From contig JBDRLN010000040.1 of the NCBI GenBank assembly GCA_043812955.1, forward strand, positions 685-64,684: a DNA stretch of 64,000 nucleotides, read 5' to 3'. This DNA comes from Candidatus Omnitrophota bacterium (GTDB taxonomy: Bacteria > Omnitrophota > Gorgyraeia > Gygaellales > Profunditerraquicolaceae). Both the position numbers and the translations under genes were made by a program. The stretch's first letter is position 1. Every line of letters starts with the position of its first letter. Positions 1 to 8,857 of this stretch are shown piece after piece. Under the pieces are notes generated by a model. The model did no database searches. It worked only from the letters and a program-made list of their open reading frames with translations, and had not been told where the DNA came from.

Positions 1-159
1 AAGATGCAAAAGTTGTGTTTTGTTCTTAAGCATCAAAATAGTTTAAGTAATGCCGAGATCTCCCGGACTTTAAATTGCAGCCTGGCTACGGTAAAGGTAC
101 ATCTTTTCCGGGCAGTTCATAGTCTTCAAGATAAGCTCTGCGCCTATCTTGAAAAATAG
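1..159 (+). CDS. ECF sigma factor, C-terminal part (region 4), truncated by window edge
   Basis: Frame 1 reads KMQKLCFVLKHQNSLSNAEISRTLNCSLATVKVHLFRAVHSLQ..* (sigma-4 HTH pattern), directly upstream of a zinc-finger anti-sigma gene. Confidence 0.8.
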   Translation, partial: KMQKLCFVLKHQNSLSNAEISRTLNCSLATVKVHLFRAVHSLQDKLCAYLEK

Positions 160-169
160 GAGGCCTAAG

Positions 170-664
170 ATGTTTAAGTGTATGCTTATAAAAAGAAAAT
201 TATACGATTATTTGGAAGGTGACCTTCGGGAAAAGCAGAGATGCCAGGTTAAGCAGCACTTGGATGTCTGTAGCTCTTGCCGCGCGAGATTTAATCAGGC
301 AGCCGAATTAATAAAGGCAGCCGCAGATAAAACCATACCCTCTCTATCCCAGCGTTTTTGGGATGATTTTAGGGTTGGGCTTGACGATAAACTTAACCGC
401 CGTTTGGTAGCTCCCTTTAAATTTAAGCCTGTTAGGGCCTGGAATTTAAAGCCGGTAATGGCCCTGGCTTTAATTTTGATGTTTATTTTAGGAGGCGGTA
501 TTTATAAGCATTACTCTAAGAGCTATTTTTATGCCGATGTTGATGCGCAACTTATTGCCGAAGCTGTTCTTTTAGCTGAGCTAGACCCGGGATCAGACTT
601 AAACATCGATGATGACGGTATCCTTAATTATCTAGACCAGCTTTCTAACCCAGGCGCTCTTTAA
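170..664 (+). CDS. zf-HC2 anti-sigma factor with one TM helix
   Basis: HxxxCxxC (HLDVCSSC), hydrophobic segment; AGGAGG before ATG 170. Confidence 0.8.
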   Translation: MFKCMLIKRKLYDYLEGDLREKQRCQVKQHLDVCSSCRARFNQAAELIKAAADKTIPSLSQRFWDDFRVGLDDKLNRRLVAPFKFKPVRAWNLKPVMALALILMFILGGGIYKHYSKSYFYADVDAQLIAEAVLLAELDPGSDLNIDDDGILNYLDQLSNPGAL

Positions 665-718
665 AAACCAAAAATACGGCACTTCTAATTTGGCTTGGGA
701 CAGATATCAAAATAATAT

Positions 719-746
719 TTGACAAATCTCCAAAGTATGTTAGAAT
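719..746 (+). promoter_or_regulatory. sigma70-type promoter of csp gene
   Basis: TTGACA-N16-TAGAAT with extended -10 TG. Confidence 0.65.
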
Positions 747-871
747 CAATACGTAGTAAATAAGGGATGAAAAGTCAAAGCCGTGTAAGGTTTAGATGGA
801 TCTAACCTTTACGGTTTTTTTCATTTCTGCGATGTTTACTATAATGCGAGAAGGAAGGAGGTAGTACAAGA

Positions 872-1072
872 ATGGCAAGAGGTAAAGTAAAGTGGTTCTC
901 GAACCAAAAGGGTTATGGATTTATAACTCCTGAGTCAGGAAGTGACGTATTTGTGCATCATAGCGCAATCCAGGGTGATGGTTATAAAACATTAGACGAG
1001 GGTCAGGAAGTCGAATTTGAGATTGAAAAAGGTCCCAAAGGCGAACAAGCCACCAAAGTAGTCAAGTTATAA
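872..1072 (+). CDS. cspA: Cold-shock protein
   Basis: KGYGFI and [11 protein letters not shown] motifs, 66 aa, strong SD. Confidence 0.95.
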   Translation: MARGKVKWFSNQKGYGFITPESGSDVFVHHSAIQGDGYKTLDEGQEVEFEIEKGPKGEQATKVVKL

Positions 1073-1086
1073 CCCGCAATTAAATA

Positions 1087-1141
1087 CCCCGCCCTTTTGG
1101 TTTAAGCTGTATTAAATTACGCCAAAAGAGCGGGTTTTTTT
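1087..1141 (+). terminator. Hairpin plus T-run between the two csp genes
   Basis: CCCGCCCTTTTGG...CCAAAAGAGCGGG followed by T8. Confidence 0.5.
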
Positions 1142-1159
1142 AAAACAAGGAGAAGATAA

Positions 1160-1366
1160 ATGCATAAAGGCAAAATTAAGAAATTGGTCCGCGAAAGAGG
1201 TTTTGGTTTCATTAGCGATACTGACGGAAACGAAGTATTCTTTCATCAGTCCTCGCTCATTGATGTAAAATTTGAGGCTTTAAGCGAAGAGCAGGCAGTC
1301 GAGTTTGAGGTAGAAAAGTCGCCTAAAGGCCCACGGGCAATTAACGTTAAGGTCATTGCCGCTTAA
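1160..1366 (+). CDS. Second cold-shock domain protein
   Basis: RGFGFI, VFFHQS, KGPRAINV motifs. Confidence 0.92.
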   Translation: MHKGKIKKLVRERGFGFISDTDGNEVFFHQSSLIDVKFEALSEEQAVEFEVEKSPKGPRAINVKVIAA

Positions 1367-1381
1367 AAACAGTTTCAAATA

Positions 1382-2677
1382 ATGAAAATAGTATTAATTG
1401 AACCGGCTGCGACAGAGGCGAATGTATATAGTAAATTACGTCTGCCTTTATTAGGCCCGGTATACTTGGGGACTATTCTTAAATGTCGCGGCCACCAGGT
1501 TGAAATTTTTAATGAGGATATTTACCAGCCTGATTATTCCCTTTTGGATGCCGATCTGATTGGTATCTCCGTTCTTACGTCCACATCCCGGCGTGGCTAC
1601 GAGATTGCTAAGAAATTTCCCAAAGAAAAGATAATTATGGGCGGAGTGCATGCCAGCCTTTTACCTGAAGAATCACTTAAGTTTGCTCGCCAGGTAGTGA
1701 TTGGTGAAGCTGAAGATGTGATTATCGACATAGTCGAGGGCAGGCTTAAAGACAAGATTGTCCAGGGCAGGCCGGTTCAGGATTTAGATAAATTACCCTA
1801 CCCGGATTTTTCTTTAATCAAAAACTACAAACCTGGTTCATTTTCTGTCGTTCCGGTTTCTACTTCCCGGGGCTGTCCTTTTGACTGCACATTTTGCGCG
1901 GTAACTAAGGTTTTTGGCCGCGAATACCGTTTCCGCAGCGCGGAAAACGTGATGCGGGAATTGTCATCCCGCGGCGAGAGGCCGCTGTTCTTTTGTGATG
2001 ATAATTTTGCCGCTCATCCTGCGCGGGCCAGGGACTTATTAAAGCTGATGTTAAGAAATAAGACCGGTAAATGGGCTTGCCAGGTGCGCTGTGACGCAGC
2101 TCGCGACAAGGAGTTGTTGGGTTTAATGTCTGAAGCTGGTTGTTCAGTAGTCTGCATTGGATTTGAATCAGTGAATAGTAAAACTCTACAGTTTTATAAG
2201 AAAAAGCAGACCGTCGATGATATTGTGAATGCCATCAGGTCTTTTCATAAAAAAAAGATCAAAGTCCATGGTATGTTTGTTTTAGGCGGCGATGATGATA
2301 CCCGTAAGACAGTTTGGGATACTTTAAAATTCGCCATAAAACAGAAGATAGATACCATACAGATGATGATTCTGACTCCTTTGCCCGGGACAAAAGTTTA
2401 CGATGAATTAAAAGCTCAAAGAAGGATTTTTAATTTTGATTGGTCGCTTTATGATGGCCAGCATGTGGTTTTTAATCCCAAATTGCTTTCCGCCAAACAA
2501 CTCCAGCTGGATGTGATCAAGGCCTATACTAAATTTTATTCCCTATCTAGGCTATTCTCCCTCCTTTTAAAGTTTCGTTTCCGCAATGTTCTATTCCGTT
2601 TTATGGGTTATCGCATCGTAAAAAAATGGAAGCGGAACAATCATAAAATGCCCTGGCTGATCCTAAAATCGGCTTGA
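1382..2677 (+). CDS. B12-binding domain radical SAM protein
   Basis: N-terminal B12-binding fold (GGVHAS), SRGCPFDCTFC motif. Confidence 0.88.
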   Translation: MKIVLIEPAATEANVYSKLRLPLLGPVYLGTILKCRGHQVEIFNEDIYQPDYSLLDADLIGISVLTSTSRRGYEIAKKFPKEKIIMGGVHASLLPEESLKFARQVVIGEAEDVIIDIVEGRLKDKIVQGRPVQDLDKLPYPDFSLIKNYKPGSFSVVPVSTSRGCPFDCTFCAVTKVFGREYRFRSAENVMRELSSRGERPLFFCDDNFAAHPARARDLLKLMLRNKTGKWACQVRCDAARDKELLGLMSEAGCSVVCIGFESVNSKTLQFYKKKQTVDDIVNAIRSFHKKKIKVHGMFVLGGDDDTRKTVWDTLKFAIKQKIDTIQMMILTPLPGTKVYDELKAQRRIFNFDWSLYDGQHVVFNPKLLSAKQLQLDVIKAYTKFYSLSRLFSLLLKFRFRNVLFRFMGYRIVKKWKRNNHKMPWLILKSA

Positions 2678-2709
2678 ACAAAATCCAGATATAACATATA
2701 ATAAAGCGG

Positions 2710-3813
2710 ATGAAAAACTCTTCAGCTTTAATTTTCGCTATAATCATTCTCTTCGGTTTAATTGGTTTTTCTATTTTGCTGCCGGACATCCTGGCCCAGA
2801 CTCAGCCTAAAGAAGCGCTCTACTATCAAAAATTAGATAAAAAATCAGTACAGTGTCAGTTATGCCCCAGAAACTGTGTTATATCAGCGGGGAAGCGCGG
2901 GTTTTGCGGGATAAGAGAGAACCGGGACGGTAAATTATACGCGCTATCTTACTCTAAGCCGGTAGCTATTCATGTCGACCCCATTGAGAAAAAACCATTA
3001 TTTCACTTTCTGCCTGGTTCCCGGGCATTTTCAGTTGCTACAGCCGGGTGTAATTTAAAGTGTAATTTTTGCCAGAATTGGGAGATCTCCCAAAAAATAC
3101 CCGAAGAGGTTAATTTTGTTTATATGGCTCCGGAAGAGCTGGTACGTCAGGCAGCTGCTTCAGGGGCTAGGAGTATTGCTTATACTTATACGGAGCCGAC
3201 TATATTCTATGAATACATGCTGGATACGGCCAGGCGAGCCAAGTTGCAGGGCCTAAAGCATGTCATGCATTCCAGCGGTTATATTAATGAAGAGCCCTTA
3301 AAGGAATTATGCCTTTATCTTGACGGGGCTAATATAGACTTAAAAGGATTTAGCGAAGAATTCTACGCTAAAATGTGTCAGGGGGCTCTTGAACCGGTTT
3401 TAAAAAGCCTGAAAGTCTTAAAAAACGCCGGCGTGCATCTTGAGATCACTAATTTGGTAATTCCCGGAGCAAATGATGACCCGGAATTAATTAAGAAGAT
3501 GTGTTTATGGATAAAAGATAATTTAGGGGCTGACACGCCCCTGCATTTTTCCCGTTTTTATCCTTTGTATAAATTAAGCAGCCTTAGCCCTACTCCTTTA
3601 GAGGCCTTGGAGAGAGCCAGGCAGATAGCAATAGATGCGGGATTGAAATATGTATATATAGGTAACTTGGCCGGCCATCAGGCGGAGAATACAAATTGCC
3701 CGAAATGTTTGAAGCAAGTTATCGGGCGCCAAGGCTACATTATAACTGAAAATAACCTGGAAAAAGGTAGGTGTAAATTCTGTGGAGAAAAGATTGAAGG
3801 CATATGGGAATAA
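2710..3813 (+). CDS. amrS: AmmeMemoRadiSam system radical SAM enzyme with N-terminal hydrophobic segment
   Basis: CQLCPRNC, DPIEKKPLFHF, GCNLKCNFCQNWEISQ motifs. Confidence 0.9.
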   Translation: MKNSSALIFAIIILFGLIGFSILLPDILAQTQPKEALYYQKLDKKSVQCQLCPRNCVISAGKRGFCGIRENRDGKLYALSYSKPVAIHVDPIEKKPLFHFLPGSRAFSVATAGCNLKCNFCQNWEISQKIPEEVNFVYMAPEELVRQAAASGARSIAYTYTEPTIFYEYMLDTARRAKLQGLKHVMHSSGYINEEPLKELCLYLDGANIDLKGFSEEFYAKMCQGALEPVLKSLKVLKNAGVHLEITNLVIPGANDDPELIKKMCLWIKDNLGADTPLHFSRFYPLYKLSSLSPTPLEALERARQIAIDAGLKYVYIGNLAGHQAENTNCPKCLKQVIGRQGYIITENNLEKGRCKFCGEKIEGIWE

Positions 3814-3835
3814 TGCGGAATTAAATGGCGTAGCA

Positions 3836-5368
3836 ATGGGATTAATCCGGATAATCTTTATTTTTACTCTGTGCTCTGTGCTCTGTGCTCCTAGCTCATG
3901 GGCTGAAGAAATCAAGCAGCCGAATGTTGCCGGTAAATTCTATCCTGATAATTCCCGGGAATTATCAGGCCAAGTAGATAAATACCTCACTGAGGCAGAG
4001 CCTGAAACTATTAACGGAGAAATATTCGCCTTAGTTGTCCCTCATGCTGGTTATGATTTCTCCGGGCCAACCGCGGCTTATGCCTACAAATTAGTCAAAG
4101 ATTTACCTTATAAAACTGTAATTATTATTGCTCCCAGCCATTATTATGGATTCCGGGGAGTTTCAGTATATCCTTCGGGATTTTTCCGGACTCCTTTAGG
4201 CGATATTGAAATCGATAAGGATTTTGCTTCTAAATTGCTTTATCGGGATCCGGAGATATTGTTTGAGCCTCAGCCTTTTGCCCAGGAACATTCCGTAGAG
4301 GTCCAGCTTCCGTTTTTGCAGAGAAGTCTTTCTGACTGGAAAATCGTTCCTATTATTATGGGTGATTGCACTCTGTTAACCTGTAAAAAACTAGCTGGCT
4401 TAATTAAAGAAGCAGTTGGCCTGCGTAAAGATGTTTTGGTGGTAGCTTCCACTGATATGTATCATGGCCATGATTATCAAGAATGCCCGATAGTTGATAA
4501 CCTAACCAGCTCTTTATTAAATAATCTGGATGACGAAGGACTGTATTATGGTTTGCGCGAAGGTAAATTACAACTTTGCGGAGGCCTGCCGGTTGTAACT
4601 ACTTTGATTTTGGCCAAAAGCCTGGGACATATTGAGTCCAAGCTTTTAAAATATACCAATTCAGCTGAAGTAACCGGAAACAAAATTAAAGGGGTTTGGA
4701 CAGTAGGGTATTCCAGTTGGGCTATTGATGCTTCGACAGAGCAGGGCATCGACCCTGAGCAGGGTCGAAGGGTCGATCAGAGTCAAAATAAGGGGGAGGC
4801 AGGGATGTTTAATCTAAAACAAAAGAGGAGATTAATAGAGATTGCCCGTTCTTCAATAGAGGCCTATTTAAAAACCGGCAGAAGGCCGGAGGTTAAAGAG
4901 TCTGATCCGCAGTTGCTTAAATCAATGGGGGCTTTTGTAACTTTAAATGAACACGGCCAGTTACGCGGCTGTATCGGTAACCTTATCGGAAACCAGCCGT
5001 TATATCTTACAATTAGAGATATGGCAGTAGAGGCAGCAGTAAGCGACCCGCGTTTTTTGCCAGTCAAATTAATTGATTTGGCAAATATTGAAATTGAAAT
5101 TTCAGCGCTTTCTCCTATGGAAAGGGTTGATTCTGCGGATAAGATTATTTTAGGTAAGCACGGAGTATTGGTAAGAAAAGGTTTTAAGAGCGGAGTATTT
5201 CTTCCCCAGGTAGCTACTGAAACCGGATGGTCAAAAGAGGAATTTCTGGCTAATTTATGCAGCCATAAAGCAGGGTTAGCGCCAGATGCCTGGAAGGATA
5301 AATTGGTTGAACTTTATATTTTTAATGCCGAGGTTTTTTCCGAGAAAGAATTAAAGGCCGATGAATAA
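3836..5368 (+). CDS. AmmeMemoRadiSam protein B (Memo) - protein A (AMMECR1) fusion with signal peptide
   Basis: PHAGY, EHSVEVQLPFLQ (Memo); GAFVTL..LRGCIG, DPRF, VFLPQVA (AMMECR1). Confidence 0.9.
   Translation: MGLIRIIFIFTLCSVLCAPSSWAEEIKQPNVAGKFYPDNSRELSGQVDKYLTEAEPETINGEIFALVVPHAGYDFSGPTAAYAYKLVKDLPYKTVIIIAPSHYYGFRGVSVYPSGFFRTPLGDIEIDKDFASKLLYRDPEILFEPQPFAQEHSVEVQLPFLQRSLSDWKIVPIIMGDCTLLTCKKLAGLIKEAVGLRKDVLVVASTDMYHGHDYQECPIVDNLTSSLLNNLDDEGLYYGLREGKLQLCGGLPVVTTLILAKSLGHIESKLLKYTNSAEVTGNKIKGVWTVGYSSWAIDASTEQGIDPEQGRRVDQSQNKGEAGMFNLKQKRRLIEIARSSIEAYLKTGRRPEVKESDPQLLKSMGAFVTLNEHGQLRGCIGNLIGNQPLYLTIRDMAVEAAVSDPRFLPVKLIDLANIEIEISALSPMERVDSADKIILGKHGVLVRKGFKSGVFLPQVATETGWSKEEFLANLCSHKAGLAPDAWKDKLVELYIFNAEVFSEKELKADE
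4731..4770. repeat. CTTCGAC...GTCGAAG palindromic element in frame in the AmrB-AmrA linker
   Basis: CTTCGAC/GTCGAAG arms and internal TCGACCCTG/CAGGGTCGA hairpin; related to 6751-6800. Confidence 0.7.
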
Positions 5369-6026
5369 ACATTTTATTCTGAATATGTTTTTAACCGGCT
5401 TATTATTCGGCTCAGGCCCTTGCTTAGCCAGCTGCGGCCCCATCCTGGTAACTTATATTGCCGGGACTAAAAAGAATATAGCTAAAGCCGTAATCAGTTA
5501 TGTTTTATTTTCTTTAAGTCGAATATTGGTATATCTGGTTTTAAGCCTGGCAATTTTTTTTATCGGGGCATTAAGCGTTGAGAAGATTAGCCTTAATTAT
5601 TCCGGGCTGGTATATAAAATTGGAGGCGGTTTTATTGTTTTGATCGGATTATTTATGGTTTTAGGGAAAAGAATAGGGTATCCGCATTTTTTAAATAGCC
5701 TGAGCAAAGGGCTCTTAGAAAAAGATAAGAAAAGTGTTTGTTTATTAGGTTTAATAGTCGGGCTGCTTCCTTGCGCGCCGTTATTAGCGGTATTTTCATA
5801 TATTGCCCTGGCAGCTAAGTCTACTCTTGAGAGTTTAGTTTATGGCCTATCTTTTGGAATAGGCACGATTCTTTCTCCTTTGATTTTATTAGTAATAGCC
5901 AGCGGGGCATTATCCGGTTTTATCCGCAAAAAAGAAGAGGTATATCGGCGGGTATTTAGTCTGGCCTGTGGATTAATTATTATTTTCTTAGGTCTACAAT
6001 TGATATTAAGAGGGATTAATGGTTAG
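5361..6026 (+). CDS. DsbD_2 / cytochrome c biogenesis-type (TauE/SafE-like) membrane protein
   Basis: About 6 TM helices, GPCLASCGP and GLLPCAP cysteine motifs. Confidence 0.75.
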   Translation: MNKHFILNMFLTGLLFGSGPCLASCGPILVTYIAGTKKNIAKAVISYVLFSLSRILVYLVLSLAIFFIGALSVEKISLNYSGLVYKIGGGFIVLIGLFMVLGKRIGYPHFLNSLSKGLLEKDKKSVCLLGLIVGLLPCAPLLAVFSYIALAAKSTLESLVYGLSFGIGTILSPLILLVIASGALSGFIRKKEEVYRRVFSLACGLIIIFLGLQLILRGING

Positions 6027-6753
6027 GGTTTTTTGTTTAAGCAAGGATATTTCGGGGAACAGAATTACGCTTACTGATAAGGATCAGATCCATCATTTAA
6101 GAGATGTTCTAAGGCTAAAAAAAGATGAGAAAATTGTTGCCTGCGATGAAAAAGGAGATGAATATATTACTCTGATCGATAGTATTAAACCGGGGGATAT
6201 GGTCTTAAGGATTAAAGAGAGAAAAGTATTGGTTATGGATAATAAGCCGAAGATCACTATTGCCTGCGCTATTCCTAAGAAATCCAATATGGATGATATT
6301 ATTGACAAATTGACTCAAGTGGGAGTGGATAGGATAATTCCTTTACAGACCGAAAGAGTTATTGTCAGGATCGGGCAGGATAAAAAGATATTCCGCCAGG
6401 AGCGCTGGAATAAGATTGCGCTTAATGCCAGCCGGCAAAGCCTGAGAAAGTTCCTGCCGGTAGTGGATCCGATTAAGGATATAAAAAAGGTTTTAACTGA
6501 TTTGGATGAGTTTGATTTAAGATTAATACCCACGCTTGAAGGCAAAAGAATTACCATAAAAGAAACCTTAAAAAATCCAAACTTGAAGAATATTATTGTA
6601 TTTATCGGTCCGGAGGGAGATTTCACGCTTGAGGAAATAGCCTGGGCCAAGAAATCAGGCTGTATCCCGGTTACCTTGGGAGATTTGGTTTTGAGGGTTG
6701 AGACCGCGGCTGTTGCGGTTGCCGGTTTCCTGAGGTTTTATGAAAACCGCTAA
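6019..6753 (+). CDS. rsmE: 16S rRNA m3U1498 methyltransferase
   Basis: HHLRDVLR, IGPEGDF, LRVETA motifs. Confidence 0.93.
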   Translation: MVRVFCLSKDISGNRITLTDKDQIHHLRDVLRLKKDEKIVACDEKGDEYITLIDSIKPGDMVLRIKERKVLVMDNKPKITIACAIPKKSNMDDIIDKLTQVGVDRIIPLQTERVIVRIGQDKKIFRQERWNKIALNASRQSLRKFLPVVDPIKDIKKVLTDLDEFDLRLIPTLEGKRITIKETLKNPNLKNIIVFIGPEGDFTLEEIAWAKKSGCIPVTLGDLVLRVETAAVAVAGFLRFYENR

Positions 6754-8101
6754 CCCTTCGACTGGGCTTAAGGGTAATGGAGAGCGTAGTCGAAGAGTTA
6801 GGCTAATCACCCTGGGATGTAAAGTAAATCAATATGAGACCCAGGTAATCCGGGAAAATCTTCTTAAGGCCGGATTCAAAGAATCAGAAAAAAACCTTCC
6901 CGCTGATATCTACGTTATTAATACCTGTACAGTTACTCATAAGGCTGATCAGGAATCGCTTTATTATATTAATCGATCAAGGCGTCTTAACCCCAAAGCG
7001 AAAATTATTGTAACCGGATGCCTGGCTGAATTGGATAAACGGATTATTTCCCGCCAAAAAGGAATAAGCCTCATTGTTAAGAATAAAGATAAATATAGAA
7101 TAGCTAAGTTGCTAAAAGGTTCAGGCTCTAACAATGGCTCAAATATAACCGGTTTTCATAAACATACCCGGGCATTTCTTAAGATCCAGGATGGCTGTGA
7201 TAATTTTTGTACTTATTGCAAGGTTCCGCTGGTCCGGGGCGCTTCCCGCAGCCGGCCATTAAGCGAAATACTGGAAGAAGCCCAGGCTTTAGTGAAAAAT
7301 GGTTTTAAAGAAATAGTCTTGACCGGAATATGCCTAGGGTCGTATGGAAAAGATGTGGGTAGAGGTAAAGGTAGAGGTAAAGGTAGAGGTAAAGGCATAG
7401 ATTTAGTTGGGTTAATTAAAGAGCTGGAAAAAATAAAGGGGTTAATCCGGATTCGCTTGAGTTCTATTGAGGCCAAAGATGTAACGGATGAGCTTATTGG
7501 CAGGATAGCTAAATCTAAAAAATTATGCCGGCACCTGCATATACCTATTCAAAGCGGAGATAACCAGATCTTAAAGGCGATGAACCGTAAATATTCCCGT
7601 CAGGATTACCTGGGCCTGGTCAGAAAGATTAAAAATAATATTGCGGATATTGCTATTACTACCGATTGTTTAGTCGGTTTTCCCGGGGAAAGAGAAGATA
7701 ATTTTCAGAATACCGTGGATTTAGTTAAAGAGATAGTTCCTCTAAAAGTGCATATATTTCCTTATAGTGAAAGAAAAGCCACTTCGGCCTATAATTTAAA
7801 AGATAAGATCCCATCCAATATTGTCAGGGACAGGATGATTTACCTTAAAATAATTGCTAATAAATGCGCTTTAGAGTTCCGGAAGAAATTTCTCGATAAG
7901 AGGATGGATGTTTTAATTGAAGGGATGGTCAAGGGTAGCCAAGGTCTTTGGCAGGGCCATACTGATAATTACCTTAAAGTCATGGTAACATCTGATAAGG
8001 ATATCCGCAATCGCATCCTATTGGTTAAGTTAAAAGATATAAAAAGGGACAGCGACTATTTTCTTGCGTCAAAAAGGAAACGGGGTCAGAATTATTTTTA
8101 G
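6740..8101 (+). CDS. mtaB: tRNA t6A37 methylthiotransferase
   Basis: TLGCKVNQYE, NTCTVT, KIQDGCDNFCTYC, C-terminal TRAM; follows rsmE. Confidence 0.92.
   Translation: MKTANPSTGLKGNGERSRRVRLITLGCKVNQYETQVIRENLLKAGFKESEKNLPADIYVINTCTVTHKADQESLYYINRSRRLNPKAKIIVTGCLAELDKRIISRQKGISLIVKNKDKYRIAKLLKGSGSNNGSNITGFHKHTRAFLKIQDGCDNFCTYCKVPLVRGASRSRPLSEILEEAQALVKNGFKEIVLTGICLGSYGKDVGRGKGRGKGRGKGIDLVGLIKELEKIKGLIRIRLSSIEAKDVTDELIGRIAKSKKLCRHLHIPIQSGDNQILKAMNRKYSRQDYLGLVRKIKNNIADIAITTDCLVGFPGEREDNFQNTVDLVKEIVPLKVHIFPYSERKATSAYNLKDKIPSNIVRDRMIYLKIIANKCALEFRKKFLDKRMDVLIEGMVKGSQGLWQGHTDNYLKVMVTSDKDIRNRILLVKLKDIKRDSDYFLASKRKRGQNYF
6751..6800. repeat. CTTCGAC-type palindromic element in frame at mtaB N-terminus
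   Basis: TAACCCTTCGACT...AGTCGAAGAGTTA, 12/13 inverted match. Confidence 0.7.
7358..7393 (+). repeat. (GGTAGAGGTAAA)x3 in mtaB, encoding GRGK x3
   Basis: Direct reading; same hexamer family as 16231 and 58715. Confidence 0.85.
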
Positions 8102-8850
8102 TTAGATTTTCCCTTCTTATACGTCTATTAATATTAGAAGGGAGGATTTTATGGCTAGAAGACCGCGTTTATTTGTATCTGGTATACCCTACCACGTTGT
8201 TCAGCGAGGCAATAATAAAATTCCTATTTTTTTATCTGATCAGGATTACCGTTTCTTTTTAGATGTACTTCAAGAAGCCAAATCTAAACACCCATGTTTT
8301 ATTTATAGTTATTGTCTGATGCCTAACCATTTTCATTTACTTATTGAACCCAAGGAAGAAAATAATGTCAGTCTATTAATAAAGTTATTGGGAGCTAAAT
8401 ATGTGAGATATATCAATAAAAACTATGAACGTTCAGGCACTCTATGGGAAGGCCGCTTCAAATGCTCATTGATTGATAAGGAGTTATATTTTTTAACCGT
8501 TCTTCGTTATATTGAAATGAATCCGGTAAGGGCTGGCATAGTTAATTCTCCGGAGTTGTATCGGTGGTCGAGTTATCGGGTCAGGGCAATTGGTGAAAGA
8601 AGTTTTATTGTAGATATGGATCCTTGGTATGATAACCTAGGTTCTAATACAGAAGAACGTCAAAATAAATATCGGCAATTCTTCCAAAATTTAATACCTG
8701 ATCCCGCTTTGCACCTTCTAAGAGAAATGACAAATAAGAATGGTATCGTAGGCAGTATAAATTTTAAATCACGGATTGAACAATCTATTCATAAAGAAAT
8801 TGTTATAAGGTCAGCTGGTAGGCCAAAGAACGAAAAATAATTCTGACCCC
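8082..8850 (+). mobile_element. Y1-transposase element bounded by perfect 18-bp terminal inverted repeats
   Basis: GGGGTCAGAATTATTTTT (8082-8099) / AAAAATAATTCTGACCCC (8833-8850) bracket the transposase gene. Confidence 0.8.
8151..8840 (+). CDS. REP-associated-type tyrosine transposase (Y1_Tnp, HUH)
   Basis: YHVVQRGNN, YCLMPNHFH (HUH), LWEGRF, RYIEMNPVRAG (catalytic Tyr), YRWSS. Confidence 0.92.
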   Translation: MARRPRLFVSGIPYHVVQRGNNKIPIFLSDQDYRFFLDVLQEAKSKHPCFIYSYCLMPNHFHLLIEPKEENNVSLLIKLLGAKYVRYINKNYERSGTLWEGRFKCSLIDKELYFLTVLRYIEMNPVRAGIVNSPELYRWSSYRVRAIGERSFIVDMDPWYDNLGSNTEERQNKYRQFFQNLIPDPALHLLREMTNKNGIVGSINFKSRIEQSIHKEIVIRSAGRPKNEK

Positions 8851-8857
8851 ATTAAGG

